A stretch of DNA of 64,000 nt from an uncultured Solirubrobacteraceae bacterium (GTDB lineage Bacteria > Actinomycetota > Thermoleophilia > Solirubrobacterales > Solirubrobacteraceae), in contig CAWKDW010000015.1 of NCBI GenBank assembly GCA_963848475.1, forward strand, positions 70,095 through 134,094. Reading direction: 5' to 3'. Under the pieces are notes generated by a model. It worked only from the letters and a program-made list of their open reading frames with translations. It was not told the origin of the DNA and did no database searches. Shown here piece by piece: positions 11,926 through 21,374 of the stretch. A program made the position numbers and the translations under genes. Position 1 is the stretch's first letter. Every line of letters starts with the position of its first letter.

Positions 11926-11970
11926 ATCGTCGCGCCCTGGGGGCGTCGGTGCCTCATCCCGCCAGGATGA
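11926..11970. promoter_or_regulatory. Divergent island operator: TCATCC-cgcca-GGATGA (11954-11970) plus degenerate copy TCGCGC-cctgg-GGGCGT (11930-11946)
   Basis: The two copies are 24 bp apart. The plus-strand GTG at 11983 is +53 from 11930. On the minus strand, -10 GACGAT is at +39 and ATG 11918 at +52 from 11970. Confidence 0.7.
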
Positions 11971-11982
11971 CGTAGTGATCGC

Positions 11983-12717
11983 GTGAGCCGCTACGCGCTC
12001 TGGCGCCACCGGCTTGCGGATGGCGAGGAGACCACCATCTACGCGGTCCGCCATCCGGCGGCCGCCACGCGCGTGCGGGTGGTGCACTTCCCGCGCGCAC
12101 GGCGGCTCGACGTGTGGTGTGCCCGCAACGGCGTGGGCGAGGCGATCGTCGGCGGGTTCTTCGTGCGCGATCCCTACCGCGCACTTGGCGAGCTCTGGGT
12201 GGCGGGCCGTCCTGCCGCCCACGAGCCGGTCGCCGAGCCCTACGCGGCGCTGCGCGCGTGCGTGATCAGCGACGCGGACGGCGTGCGCCTCGGGGTTCCC
12301 GGGGAGCCGCCGCACCACGATCTCGTCCAGGCGGGGCCGCTGCTGGTGGCCGGCGGGGCCGTCGCCTTCGATCCCGGCGACGATCGCGAGGGCTTCTCCG
12401 AGGGATCAGGGCAGTTCGACTCCGACATCACCGAGGGCCGCCATCCACGGGCCGCGTTCGGGATCGGTGGGGGCGACCTGATCGCGGTCGCGTGCGACGG
12501 CCGCCGCTCCGGCGTCGACGCCGGCCTGTCGATGCTCGAACTCGCCGAGGTGATGGTCGAGCTGGGCGCCGAGCACGCGATCAACCTCGACGGCGGCGGC
12601 TCGACGACGCTCGTGCACCGCGGCCATCTGCTCAACCGCCCCTATTCGTCCCAGGATCAGCCGGCGCCGCGTTCGCGCCGGATCGTCAGCGCACTCGCAT
12701 TCGAGGAGTCCGGATGA
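11983..12717 (+). CDS. Phosphodiester glycosidase (NAGPA) family protein
   Basis: GGFF, QAGPLL, RHPRAAFG, VACDGR, AINLDGGGST motifs. Confidence 0.88.
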   Translation: MSRYALWRHRLADGEETTIYAVRHPAAATRVRVVHFPRARRLDVWCARNGVGEAIVGGFFVRDPYRALGELWVAGRPAAHEPVAEPYAALRACVISDADGVRLGVPGEPPHHDLVQAGPLLVAGGAVAFDPGDDREGFSEGSGQFDSDITEGRHPRAAFGIGGGDLIAVACDGRRSGVDAGLSMLELAEVMVELGAEHAINLDGGGSTTLVHRGHLLNRPYSSQDQPAPRSRRIVSALAFEESG

Positions 12718-13967
12718 GCGACCCGATCACCGCCGCACTGCAGGCGATCCACGACGAGTGCGTCGCCGAGGCCGATCCGGGGGTGGTCGCCGACTACATC
12801 CCGGAGCTCTCGCACGCCGACCCCGACCTGTTCGGCATCGTGCTCGAGAGCCACGACGGCGACGCCTACGCGGCGGGCGACGCGCACGTGCCCTTCACGA
12901 TCCAGTCGATCTCCAAGCCGTTCGTCTACGCCCTGGCCGTCGAGGATCTCGGGCTCGACGCGGTCAATGCCAGAGTCGGAGCCGAGCCGAGCGGAGAGCC
13001 GTTCAACGCGATCAGCCTCGAGCCGGGCACCGGACGCCCGGACAACCCGCTGGTCAACGCGGGCGCGATCCTCACGACGTCGCTCGTGCGCGGCGGCTTC
13101 GAGCGCATCGCGGAGTGCCTGTCGGCGTTCGCGGGCCGGAAGCTCGAGCTCGACGAGGCCGTCTTCGAGTCCGAGCACCGCACCGGCGACCGCAACCGCG
13201 CGATCGCCCACCTGATGAAGGCCGCCGGCTCGCTGCACGGGCCGGTCGACGACGCCATCGACGCGTATTTCCGGCAGTGCTCGCTGCTCGTGACCGCGAC
13301 CGATCTGGCGGTGATGGCCGCGACGCTGGCCAACGCGGGCCGCGATCCCGTGACCGGCCGCCACGTGGTGCAGGAGGACACCGCCCAGCACGTGCTGTCG
13401 ATGATGGCGATGTGCGGGATGTACGACTCCGCGGGCGCGTGGATGCTGCGCGTCGGCCTGCCGGCCAAGAGCGGCGTCTCCGGCGGGCTGCTGGCCGTCA
13501 GCCCGGGGCAGTTCGGGATCGGCCTGTTCAGCCCGCCGCTCGATCCGGCGGGCAACAGCGTCCGCGGCGTCGCCGCGTGCGAGCGCCTGTCCGATCGCCT
13601 CGGACTGCACCTGCTGCATGACGCGACGTCGGGCGCCCGAGCGGCCAAGGTGCTGCAGACCGAAGCCGATGGCGTCGTGGTGCTGACGCTCCGCGGCGAC
13701 ATCGACTTCTCGGCCGCCGAGCACGTGCTGCGCACGACCATGAGCCTCGGCGGCCGCGGGTTCGTCGTCGATGTCCACGACGTCACGCGGCTGCACCCGG
13801 TGGCGGCCCGGCTGCTGTCGGCGATCGCGACCGAGGTCGTCGCCGAGGAGGCGCGCGTCGCCGTGGTGGGCGGCGACGATGCGACCGCGGTGCCGGCGGC
13901 TCCGGCACGGTTCGACACCGTCGGCGAGGCCGTGGCCTGGTGCGCGGCGGCGCCGAGGCTCGAATAG
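12714..13967 (+). CDS. glsA: Glutaminase A with C-terminal STAS-like domain
   Basis: VADYIPEL, FTIQSISKPF, NPLVNAGAI, CGMYDSAG, VGLPAKSGVSGG; C-terminal VLTLRGDIDFSAAE STAS-like segment. Confidence 0.93.
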   Translation: MSDPITAALQAIHDECVAEADPGVVADYIPELSHADPDLFGIVLESHDGDAYAAGDAHVPFTIQSISKPFVYALAVEDLGLDAVNARVGAEPSGEPFNAISLEPGTGRPDNPLVNAGAILTTSLVRGGFERIAECLSAFAGRKLELDEAVFESEHRTGDRNRAIAHLMKAAGSLHGPVDDAIDAYFRQCSLLVTATDLAVMAATLANAGRDPVTGRHVVQEDTAQHVLSMMAMCGMYDSAGAWMLRVGLPAKSGVSGGLLAVSPGQFGIGLFSPPLDPAGNSVRGVAACERLSDRLGLHLLHDATSGARAAKVLQTEADGVVVLTLRGDIDFSAAEHVLRTTMSLGGRGFVVDVHDVTRLHPVAARLLSAIATEVVAEEARVAVVGGDDATAVPAAPARFDTVGEAVAWCAAAPRLE

Positions 13968-14061
13968 CCCGATCTGGGCGGACTGGCGTTGGCGGCCTCC
14001 GATCGAGATACTCCCGCCTGTCCACGACCGCGATCGTCTACGCGGCGACGGCGGGCGGGCC

Positions 14062-14107
14062 TCACCCTGCGGGGATGACGTGCGCTCATCCTGGCGCGGG
14101 CGATCGT
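14062..14107 (+). promoter_or_regulatory. Island operator/promoter: TCACCC-tgcgg-GGATGA (14062-14078), TCATCC at 14086, -10 GATCGT at 14102
   Basis: Read directly. Confidence 0.78.
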
Positions 14108-14139
14108 TTACGCAAACACAAGTCACAGAGGTAGCTGGA

Positions 14140-14583
14140 ATGTCCGGGCACCCCCAGAAGAACCCCAAGGCCAAGAAGGCCCCCGACCGCTACGCCAATC
14201 GTGAGGTCGTCGTCTCGACCGGCAGTCACGGATGGGTCACGTTCGCCGCGATCTACCTCTTCATCAGCGGCGGCCTGAACCTGATCTGGGGCATCACCGC
14301 GTACGCGAAGAAGGACTACTTCCATGAGGCCGAGCTCGTCGCCTCGTCGCTTTCCACATGGGGCTCGATCGCCCTCGTCGTCGGGGTGATCCAGGTCGTG
14401 GTCGCGGCGCTGGTCGCCGGGCGCAAGACCGGCGGCATGCTGATGGCCATCGTGCTCGCGATGTCCGGCATCTTCTTCAACCTCTTCTCGATCGGGGCCT
14501 ACCCGGTGTGGTCGATCATCGCGATGGTCTGCAGCGGGCTCGTGCTGTGGGCGGTCACCGTCCACAGCGACGAGTTCATCTAG
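14140..14583 (+). CDS. DUF7144-like four-TM membrane protein (paralog 1)
   Basis: GWVTFAAIYLFISGGLNLIWGI...TWG...AYPVWSII...WAVTVH pattern; RBS GAGG. Confidence 0.75.
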   Translation: MSGHPQKNPKAKKAPDRYANREVVVSTGSHGWVTFAAIYLFISGGLNLIWGITAYAKKDYFHEAELVASSLSTWGSIALVVGVIQVVVAALVAGRKTGGMLMAIVLAMSGIFFNLFSIGAYPVWSIIAMVCSGLVLWAVTVHSDEFI

Positions 14584-14596
14584 AACCCGTTCGCCG

Positions 14597-15229
14597 ATGA
14601 AGGAACGCTGGGAGACAGGTCGGGTCGAGGCCTTCAGCGACGGCGTGATCGCGATCGCGATCACGCTGCTCGTGCTGGAGATCAAGATCGACCCGGCCGA
14701 TTTCGCCGACCCGTGGCGGGCGCTGGCCGACGAGTGGCCGTCCTACCTGGCGTACGTGACGAGCTTCCTGACGATCGGCGGGGTCTGGCTCGCCCACCAC
14801 GGGCTCTTCACGAGCATCAAGGCCGTCGATCCCGTCCTGATGCGGCTGAACATCCTGATCCTGATGACGGTGTCGTTCCTGCCGTTCCCGACCGGGCTGA
14901 TGGCCGACGCGCTGACCGCGTCCAGGTCGTCGGAGCGGGTCGCGGTCATCGTCTACGGCACGACCGCGGCCGTCATCGAGCTGCTGATGGCGGCTGCGTC
15001 GCGATACACCTCGTCGCGGCCGGAGCTGCGCGCGCCGGACGCGCCGCCTCCGCCCGTCGCGGATCGCAATCGCGGCCGGATTCGCGCGGTGCTCTACGCG
15101 ATCCTGCTGGCGCTCGGCATCCTTGTCTTCCCGAAGCTCGCGGCGTTCGGGTACTTCGGCGTGGCGGTCTATGCGGTGTTGTCACGCCGCGGCGAGGGCC
15201 GTCTCAGCCTGCACGGCCTCCGCGGCTGA
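14597..15229 (+). CDS. TMEM175 family (DUF1211) potassium channel
   Basis: RVEAFSDGVIAIAITLLVLEI, SFLTIGGVWLAHH, LPFPT signature. Confidence 0.92.
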   Translation: MKERWETGRVEAFSDGVIAIAITLLVLEIKIDPADFADPWRALADEWPSYLAYVTSFLTIGGVWLAHHGLFTSIKAVDPVLMRLNILILMTVSFLPFPTGLMADALTASRSSERVAVIVYGTTAAVIELLMAAASRYTSSRPELRAPDAPPPPVADRNRGRIRAVLYAILLALGILVFPKLAAFGYFGVAVYAVLSRRGEGRLSLHGLRG

Positions 15230-15310
15230 GCCACCCGCGACGACGCAGACCACGCCGAGGACGACGAACATCCACCAGTTCTGCCCGACTTCCGGTACTT
15301 CGCTGACCAT
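15226..15310 (-). pseudogene. Truncated N-terminus of an HdeD/DUF308-like membrane protein
   Basis: RBS GAGAGG then MVSEVPEVGQNWWMFVVLGVVCVVAG, after which the frame runs into the convergent TMEM175 gene end. Confidence 0.5.
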
Positions 15311-15366
15311 CGGTGGTTCCTCTCGAGAGCTGTGCGGGCACTGTAATCGCGCCCGCGGGCACCGCT

Positions 15367-15412
15367 TCATCCTCGGGGGGCGATGCCCACTCACACCGAG
15401 CCCACGGAGGCT
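15367..15412 (+). promoter_or_regulatory. Island operator/promoter: TCATCC-tcggg-GGGCGA (15367-15383), TCACAC at 15391, -10 GAGGCT at 15407, leaderless ATG at 15420
   Basis: Read directly. Confidence 0.78.
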
Positions 15413-15419
15413 TAGAACC

Positions 15420-15638
15420 ATGCCAAGACGTGTCGAGATCCGGATCCGAGGGACCGTGCCGGCCGAAGTCGCAGAGCGACTTGGCCTCAGGGCGACGGTC
15501 GAACCCGTCGAGACCGTCCTGCGCGGCGCGATCGTCGACCGGCCCGCGCTGCACGGGGTGCTCGACCGCCTGCGCACCAGCGGGCACGAGCTGATCGAGG
15601 TTCGCCGGCTCCCCGATCTCGAGGAGGTGCGTCGATGA
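15420..15638 (+). CDS. Small conserved hypothetical protein (72 aa, possible ferredoxin/ACT-like fold), paralog 1
   Basis: MPRRVEIRIRG...ETVLRGAIVDRPALHGVLDRLRTSGHELIEVRRL; clear paralog of 18352..18561. Confidence 0.8.
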   Translation: MPRRVEIRIRGTVPAEVAERLGLRATVEPVETVLRGAIVDRPALHGVLDRLRTSGHELIEVRRLPDLEEVRR

Positions 15639-15832
15639 GCCTCGGCGGGAGTCTCTTCCTCGTCGCCGTCGGCGCGATCCTGCACTTCGCCGTCACGGCC
15701 ACGTTCGCCGGCATCGACATCCAGACCGTCGGGACGATCCTGATGGTCATCGGCGTCATCGGCTTCGCGATCTCGCTCTGGTTCTATCTCTCGCATCGCG
15801 ACCCCGCCGGCCCGCCACCGCCGTCGTACTGA
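15635..15832 (+). CDS. DUF6458-like two-TM small membrane protein
   Basis: MSLGGSLFLVAVGAILHFAV...IDIQTVGTILMVIG; RBS GGAGG; ATGA overlap. Confidence 0.8.
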   Translation: MSLGGSLFLVAVGAILHFAVTATFAGIDIQTVGTILMVIGVIGFAISLWFYLSHRDPAGPPPPSY

Positions 15833-15865
15833 TCGCGCGCCGGCGCGGCCACCGGCTAGGCGACA

Positions 15866-17592
15866 TCACGCCGGTCTGACGAGCGCCGCCTCGACCGCCG
15901 CCCGGACGGTCGGGTGGAAGCGCTCGGGCGCGAGCCCGCCGGCGTCCTGCACACGCGTGCGGACGGGCGTCTTCATGCGTGCGATGTGCAGGTCGACCGG
16001 GAGCTGCCGGTCGAGGTCGGTGAGGGCCGTCATGCCCGCGATGTCGATGTGGGAGACGCCCTCGGCGTCGAAGACCAGCGCGCGCGGCTCCGAGGGCGCG
16101 GCGCCCAGCGCCTCGCGCACGCGGCCCTTGACGTAGCCGGCGTTGGCGAAGAACAGCCGGTCGTCGAGGCGATAGACGACGACGCCCGGGGTCACCCGCG
16201 CACCGCGGTGGACGGACACGTCGGCCCAGCGGCCGAGTTCCTCGTCCCAGCCGAGCACCGCGTCGTGCGGTCGCGCGCTGCGGCGGACGACATCGACGAT
16301 CGAGAGCCCGATCGCGAACGCGATCGCGTTGAGCACACCGGTGACGATGACGCCGCCGGTGGTGACGGCGGCGATCGTGACCTCGACGCGGTCGGACGCC
16401 CATAGATCGCGCCACGCCGCCACGTCGACGAGCCCCAGGCACGCCGCGACGATCACGGCTCCGAGCACCGCCTTGGGCAGGTCGGCGATCGGCCCCGTGA
16501 GGAACAGCAGCACGAGCATCACGGCCACAGCCGAGACGACGCCCGAGATCTGGCTGCGGGCGTTCATCGCGTCGTTGACGGCCGTGCGCGAGCTGCTGGC
16601 GCCGACTGGCAGCCCCTGGGTGAGCCCGGCGACCGCATTGGCGGTGCCCATGGCCACCAGTTCGGAACCGACGGTGATGTGCTGGTCGTGGCGCCCGGCG
16701 AACGTGCGCGCGGTCAGGACCTCGTCGGCGAAGCTCAAGAGGAAGAGCCCGACCGCGGCGGGGAGCAGCGAGACGATGTCGCTCAGCGGCGGCGACGGGA
16801 ACCGCGGGCGCGGGAGGCCGGACGGCAGCGGGCCGACGACGGCCACGCCGTGGGCCGCGAGGTCCAGCGCCGCGGAGGCGATGATCGCGCCGACCACGAC
16901 GATCAGCGCCGCGGGGAGCTTCGCCATGAAGAACTTCAGCCCGAACAGGACGGCGAGCGCGACCGCGCTGACCAGGACGGTCGTCCCGCTCACGTCGCCG
17001 AGCTCGCTGAAGACCTCCTTGAGCTGTCCGAGCGGCTCCGTGGCGTCGATCGGGAGCCCGAGCAGCTTGCCCAACTGGCTGATCACCAGCACGACCGCGA
17101 CGCCGTGGATGTACCCCACCAGCACCGGCCGGGAGAGGTAGTCCGCGATCCAGCCGATCCGCAGCAGACGGCCGATGAAGTAGCAGCCGGCGACCAGCAG
17201 CGCGAGGATCGCCGCGAGCTCCGCGGCGTGCGCGCTGCCCGCGGTCGCCATCGCCAGCACCGATGCGGCGACCAGGGCGGAGAGCGACCCCTCCGGCCCC
17301 ACGATCAGCTGCCGGCAGGAGCCGAACAACGCATAGGCCACGGGAGGGAGCAGCAGCGCGTACAGCCCGTTTATCGGCTGCAAGCCCGCGACCTCGGCGT
17401 AGGCCATCGCCGAGGGGATCGCGAGCGCCGCGACGGTGACGCCCGCGATCAGATCGCGCTGGGCCGAGTTCCCCCGCCGTAGGCGGCCACCTCCTTGGCC
17501 ACGGGCAGCGCGCGGTGCAGCAGTGGGTCGGGCTTGGCGGGGCGAAACGGGGCCGCTTCACCGTAGCTGCGCGGGAGACCCTCCTCGGACAT
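15866..17592 (-). CDS. SulP/SLC26 inorganic anion transporter with STAS domain; frameshift near 17470
   Basis: AMAYAEVAGLQPINGLYA, LFGSCRQLIVGP, SSSRTAVN, RLFFANA, FDAEGVSHID; N-terminus MSEEGLPRSYGE in another frame. Confidence 0.9.
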
Positions 17593-17598
17593 TGCGAC

Positions 17599-17709
17599 AC
17601 CGTACAGCGGGCCGCATGGCGGCTCCTCACCCGCGACGGGTGAGGAGCGATCGCCGCGAGCCGATCATCCCGACCGGGCGATGATCCCTCACCCGCAACG
17701 GCGGACCAT
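17599..17709. promoter_or_regulatory. Back-to-back island operators: TCACCC-gcgac-GGGTGA (17627-17643; minus-strand -10 TACGGT 17604-17599) and TCATCC-cgacc-GGGCGA (17665-17681; TCACCC at 17689, -10 GACCAT at 17704)
   Basis: Read directly; the first site is a perfect palindrome extended by CTCC/GGAG. Confidence 0.82.
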
Positions 17710-18337
17710 GAAGGTCATTGAACGCTCGGAGACCGTGGCGGCAAGGCTGGAACGCGCGATCGTGCGCTTCCGCCTGCAGTCCGCGCACAACCTGCTCGAC
17801 GAGGCCTTCGGTGCGACGGCGCCGGACGTCGTCGCGCGCGACCTCGTCCTACCGTTGTTCGAGCAACTCGAGCAGGGAGGCGATCCCGTCGTCGTGCGCT
17901 TCGCCGCCTCGCTGTTCGAGATCCGGCTGCTTCTGCAGGCCAGTGGGTGGGATCGCGTCGACGGGCCGCCGGTGGTGCTCGCCTGCGCGCCGCGCGAGGA
18001 GCGCACGCTCGGGCTGATCGCGCTCGGGCTCGGCTTGGCCCGGCGGCGCTGCCGGATCGTCTACCTCGGAGCGACGACGCCGGCGCGGACGATCGCCATG
18101 GCGGTTGCGGAGCACGACGGTGCTCCGGCGGTCCTCAGCGCCGAGCACGACGATCTCGACGCGCAGGAGCGCACCCACCTGCGGACGCTCCGCCTGGGGC
18201 TGATCGGTCGCGCCGCGGGCGCGCTCGCAGGCCCGCTGGACGCCACCGTGATGGGCCTCGACGGGGCCGCGGTGGCAGCCGAGGCAACGCGGAGGTCATC
18301 CCGCCGGGGCGACGACACGTCACCCCCGTCGCCGTGA
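17708..18337 (+). CDS. CarH/LitR-like cobalamin-binding-domain protein lacking the MerR HTH
   Basis: LLDEAF...RDLVLPLFEQL (B12-binding_2-like helix bundle), VVLACAPREERTLGL, IVYLGATTP (Rossmann B12 domain); start codon uncertain. Confidence 0.65.
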   Translation: MKVIERSETVAARLERAIVRFRLQSAHNLLDEAFGATAPDVVARDLVLPLFEQLEQGGDPVVVRFAASLFEIRLLLQASGWDRVDGPPVVLACAPREERTLGLIALGLGLARRRCRIVYLGATTPARTIAMAVAEHDGAPAVLSAEHDDLDAQERTHLRTLRLGLIGRAAGALAGPLDATVMGLDGAAVAAEATRRSSRRGDDTSPPSP

Positions 18338-18341
18338 GGAT
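18296..18341 (+). promoter_or_regulatory. Island operator/promoter: TCATCC-cgccg-GGGCGA (18296-18312), TCACCC at 18320, -10 GAGGAT at 18336
   Basis: Read directly. Confidence 0.78.
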
Positions 18342-18351
18342 GGGCGCTGGC

Positions 18352-18561
18352 ATGGCACTCAGATACGAGATCCGCATCAGAGGCCGGGTCGGCGATCATC
18401 TCGCCGATGCCCTCGGGCTGTCGGCCGAGGTCGAGCCGGCCGACACCGTCCTTCGCGGACCGGTTGCCGACCAGGATGGCCTGCACGGGATTCTCAACCG
18501 GTTGCAGGACATGGGCCTCGAACTGGTCGAGATACGCCAGCTTCCGCCCGACGCCGGCTGA
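18352..18561 (+). CDS. Small conserved hypothetical protein (69 aa), paralog 2
   Basis: MALRYEIRIRGRVG...DTVLRGPVADQDGLHGILNRLQDMGLELVEIRQL. Confidence 0.82.
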   Translation: MALRYEIRIRGRVGDHLADALGLSAEVEPADTVLRGPVADQDGLHGILNRLQDMGLELVEIRQLPPDAG

Positions 18562-18685
18562 ACGCCCATGCGGCGGCAATGCCCGCCGATCCACAGATTG
18601 CCAGAATTTGGATGGACCGAGCTGGCCTACCTTTCCCAGTCTGAACACTTCGCAAACCCTGGGCAAGCAGTAATCTCATCTTGGA

Positions 18686-21374
18686 ATGGTGGGGGGCAAG
18701 TCAGTCGGTCACGCGAGTGAGATCAAGTCGCCCGTTCTCGTCACGCAGTTCAAGCCCCCCGCTTCGCGCTTCGGTCTCGTAGACCGCCCGCGGCTGCGTC
18801 AGGCGCTCGAACGCGGCCTCGAGCAATCGGTCACGCTGGTCTGCGCGCCCGCCGGCAGCGGCAAGACCTCGCTGCTGTCTTCGGTACTGGGCGGCGACGA
18901 TCCGCGCCAGATCGCCTGGGTGTCGCTCGAGCCCGAGCGATGACGAGCGTTCACGTCTGTGGGAGGCGGTGCTGACGTCGCTGGCGCTCGCCGGGGTCGT
19001 CCCCGAGGGCTCGTCGCTGGCCGCGCTGGCGCCACCGGTGCGCGACTCACGCAATACGTTCATGCCGCTGTTCGTCAACGCCCTGGCTGAGCTTCCCGAG
19101 CCGCTGATCCTCGTCCTCGACGACGTGCATCTGCTGCGCTCACGGGAGTGCCTCAACGACCTCAGTTTCCTCGTGCTGCACGCGCCGGACACGCTGCGGC
19201 TCGTCCTCGGCACGCGTTCGGACCCGGCGGTCCCGCTTCACGTCGTGCGCGTGCGCGGGCGCCTCGTCGAGATCCGTGCGGCGGACCTCGCGTTCACGGA
19301 GCCCGAGGCGACGGAGCTGCTGGCCGCGCACGACCTCGCGCTGGCGCCCGAGCTGGTGGAGGCACTGTGCACGCGGACCGAGGGCTGGGGCGCCGGCCTG
19401 CGGCTCGCCGCGCTCAGCCTGCAGGGTCGCGACGACCCCGAGCGCTTCGTCACCGAGTTCGCCGGCGACGACCGCGTCGTGGGCGACTACCTGCTCGCGG
19501 AGGTCCTGGACCGCCAGTCGCCCAGGCTGCGCACGTTCCTGCTGCGGACGTCGATCGTCGAGCGGATCTGCGGCGATCTCGCTGACGCCCTGACGGGCCA
19601 GGGCTCGAGCAGCGACACGCTGGCCGAGCTCGATCGCACCAACGGCTTCGTGCTGGCCGTCGACTCGCGCGGCGAGTGGTTCCGGTACCACCGCCTGTTC
19701 GCGAAGCTGCTGCAGCTGCGCGCGGAGCGCGAGCTCGGCTCCGAGCTGCCGCGGTTGCATGGCCGAGCCGCGCGCTGGTACGCGGAGCGCGGCATGGGCT
19801 CGCAGGCGCTCAAGCACGCCGTCGCGGCCGAGGATTGGGACCTGGCCGTGGAGCTGGTCGCCGAGCACTGGTTCGCGCTCTTCGTGCGCGGCCAGGGCGA
19901 CACGATCCGCACGCTCGTCGACGCGCTTCCCGAGGAACGCCTGCGCAGCGACGCGGAGCTGGCCGCCGCGCTCGCGTGCGCGGCCTTCGAGGCGGGTGAC
20001 GCCGAGGCCGCCGAACGTCATGTCGCGCACGCTCGCGAGGCCTCCGAGGACCTGCCCGCCGAACGCCGTCGCCGCTACCTGGAGACGATGGCGCTCGCGC
20101 GCCTGCAGCGCGCGAGCCTGCGAGGGGACTTCGAGGCGGCCCTCGTCGTGGCCGACGAGCTGCTGGCCGAGGCCGCGGTCCACGGCGGCTGGTCCGACGA
20201 CGCCCGCCAGGCGCTCGTGCACACCAACCTCGGGCTCACGGCGCTCTGGGGACACCATCTCGAGCGCGCGCGCGAAGAGCTCGAGCAGGGTGCGAGCCAG
20301 GCGCAGGCGATCGAGCTCGACTACGTGACCGTCTCGGCGCTCAGCGCGCTCTCGATGCTCGAGGTGATGGTGCACGGCCCCGCGGGTGCCTCGATGCATG
20401 CCTACGAGGCGGCCGAGCTGGCCGAGCGGCGCGGCTGGTCGATGATCAAGCAGACGTCGTGCGTACACGTGGCGCTCGCGCTCGCGGCGTTCTACGACCT
20501 GCAGCCAGAGCTCGCGGAGGAGCATCTGGCCCGCGCGCACGTCTCCGTCAGCCACGGTGCCGCGCGCCACGTCCACTACCTCCTCGCCCACCTGAGCGCG
20601 CGGATGGCCGCCGCGGACGGGCGGGCCGCCGACGGCCTGCGCGTGCTCGAAAGCTTCGAGGTCACGCATCGCTGGGGCATGCCTTCGCCGATCGAGCGCC
20701 CGGCGACGGCCAGCATGCGCTCACGACTCTACGCCGCGACCGGCGACCGCGCGGCGGCGCGCGCGGTCCTCGAGGGCGTTCGTGGCGAAGGCTGGCTCGA
20801 CGTCGAGGTCAGCGCGGCGCGACTCGAACTCGCCGACGGCAACCCGGACGTCGCGGTCGCGATCCTGGCCGCGGCCGTCCGCAAGCCCGGCGTGCACAGC
20901 GTGGCCACGATCGAGCACGCCGTGCTCGAGGCGATCGCCCGCGACGCGGCGGGCGAGCCGGGCCGGGCTGGCGAAGCGCTCGAGCGGGCACTCGCCCTCG
21001 CCGAGACGACTGGTCACCGCTGGACGTTCCTGGAGGGCGGCCGTCGCGTCGAGACCCTGCTGCGCGGCCAGATCCGGATGGGAACCGCGCACCGCGCGAT
21101 GGCCGGCGAGCTGCTGGCGGCCTTCGAGGATCGCGATCACGAGCGGCGCTCGGTCGCGCCTCTGCTGGAGCCGTTGAGCGAGCGCGAGTGCGCGATCCTG
21201 CGCTACCTGCCGACGACGCTGTCCAACCGCGAGATCGCGGCCGAGCTGTTCGTCACGACCAACACGGTCAAGACCCATCTGCGCAGCATCTACCGCAAGC
21301 TCGACGTCGCCCGCCGCCGCGAGGCCGTCGAGCGCGCCCGCGACCTACGGCTCCTGTCCGCTAGCCGCCGCTAG
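18686..21374 (+). CDS. MalT-like large ATP-binding LuxR family transcriptional regulator; frameshift near 18940
   Basis: Walker A APAGSGKT, Walker B LVLDDVH, RTEGWGAGL, WFRYHRLF, C-terminal LSNREIAAELFVTTNTVKTHLRSIYRKL HTH. Confidence 0.93.
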
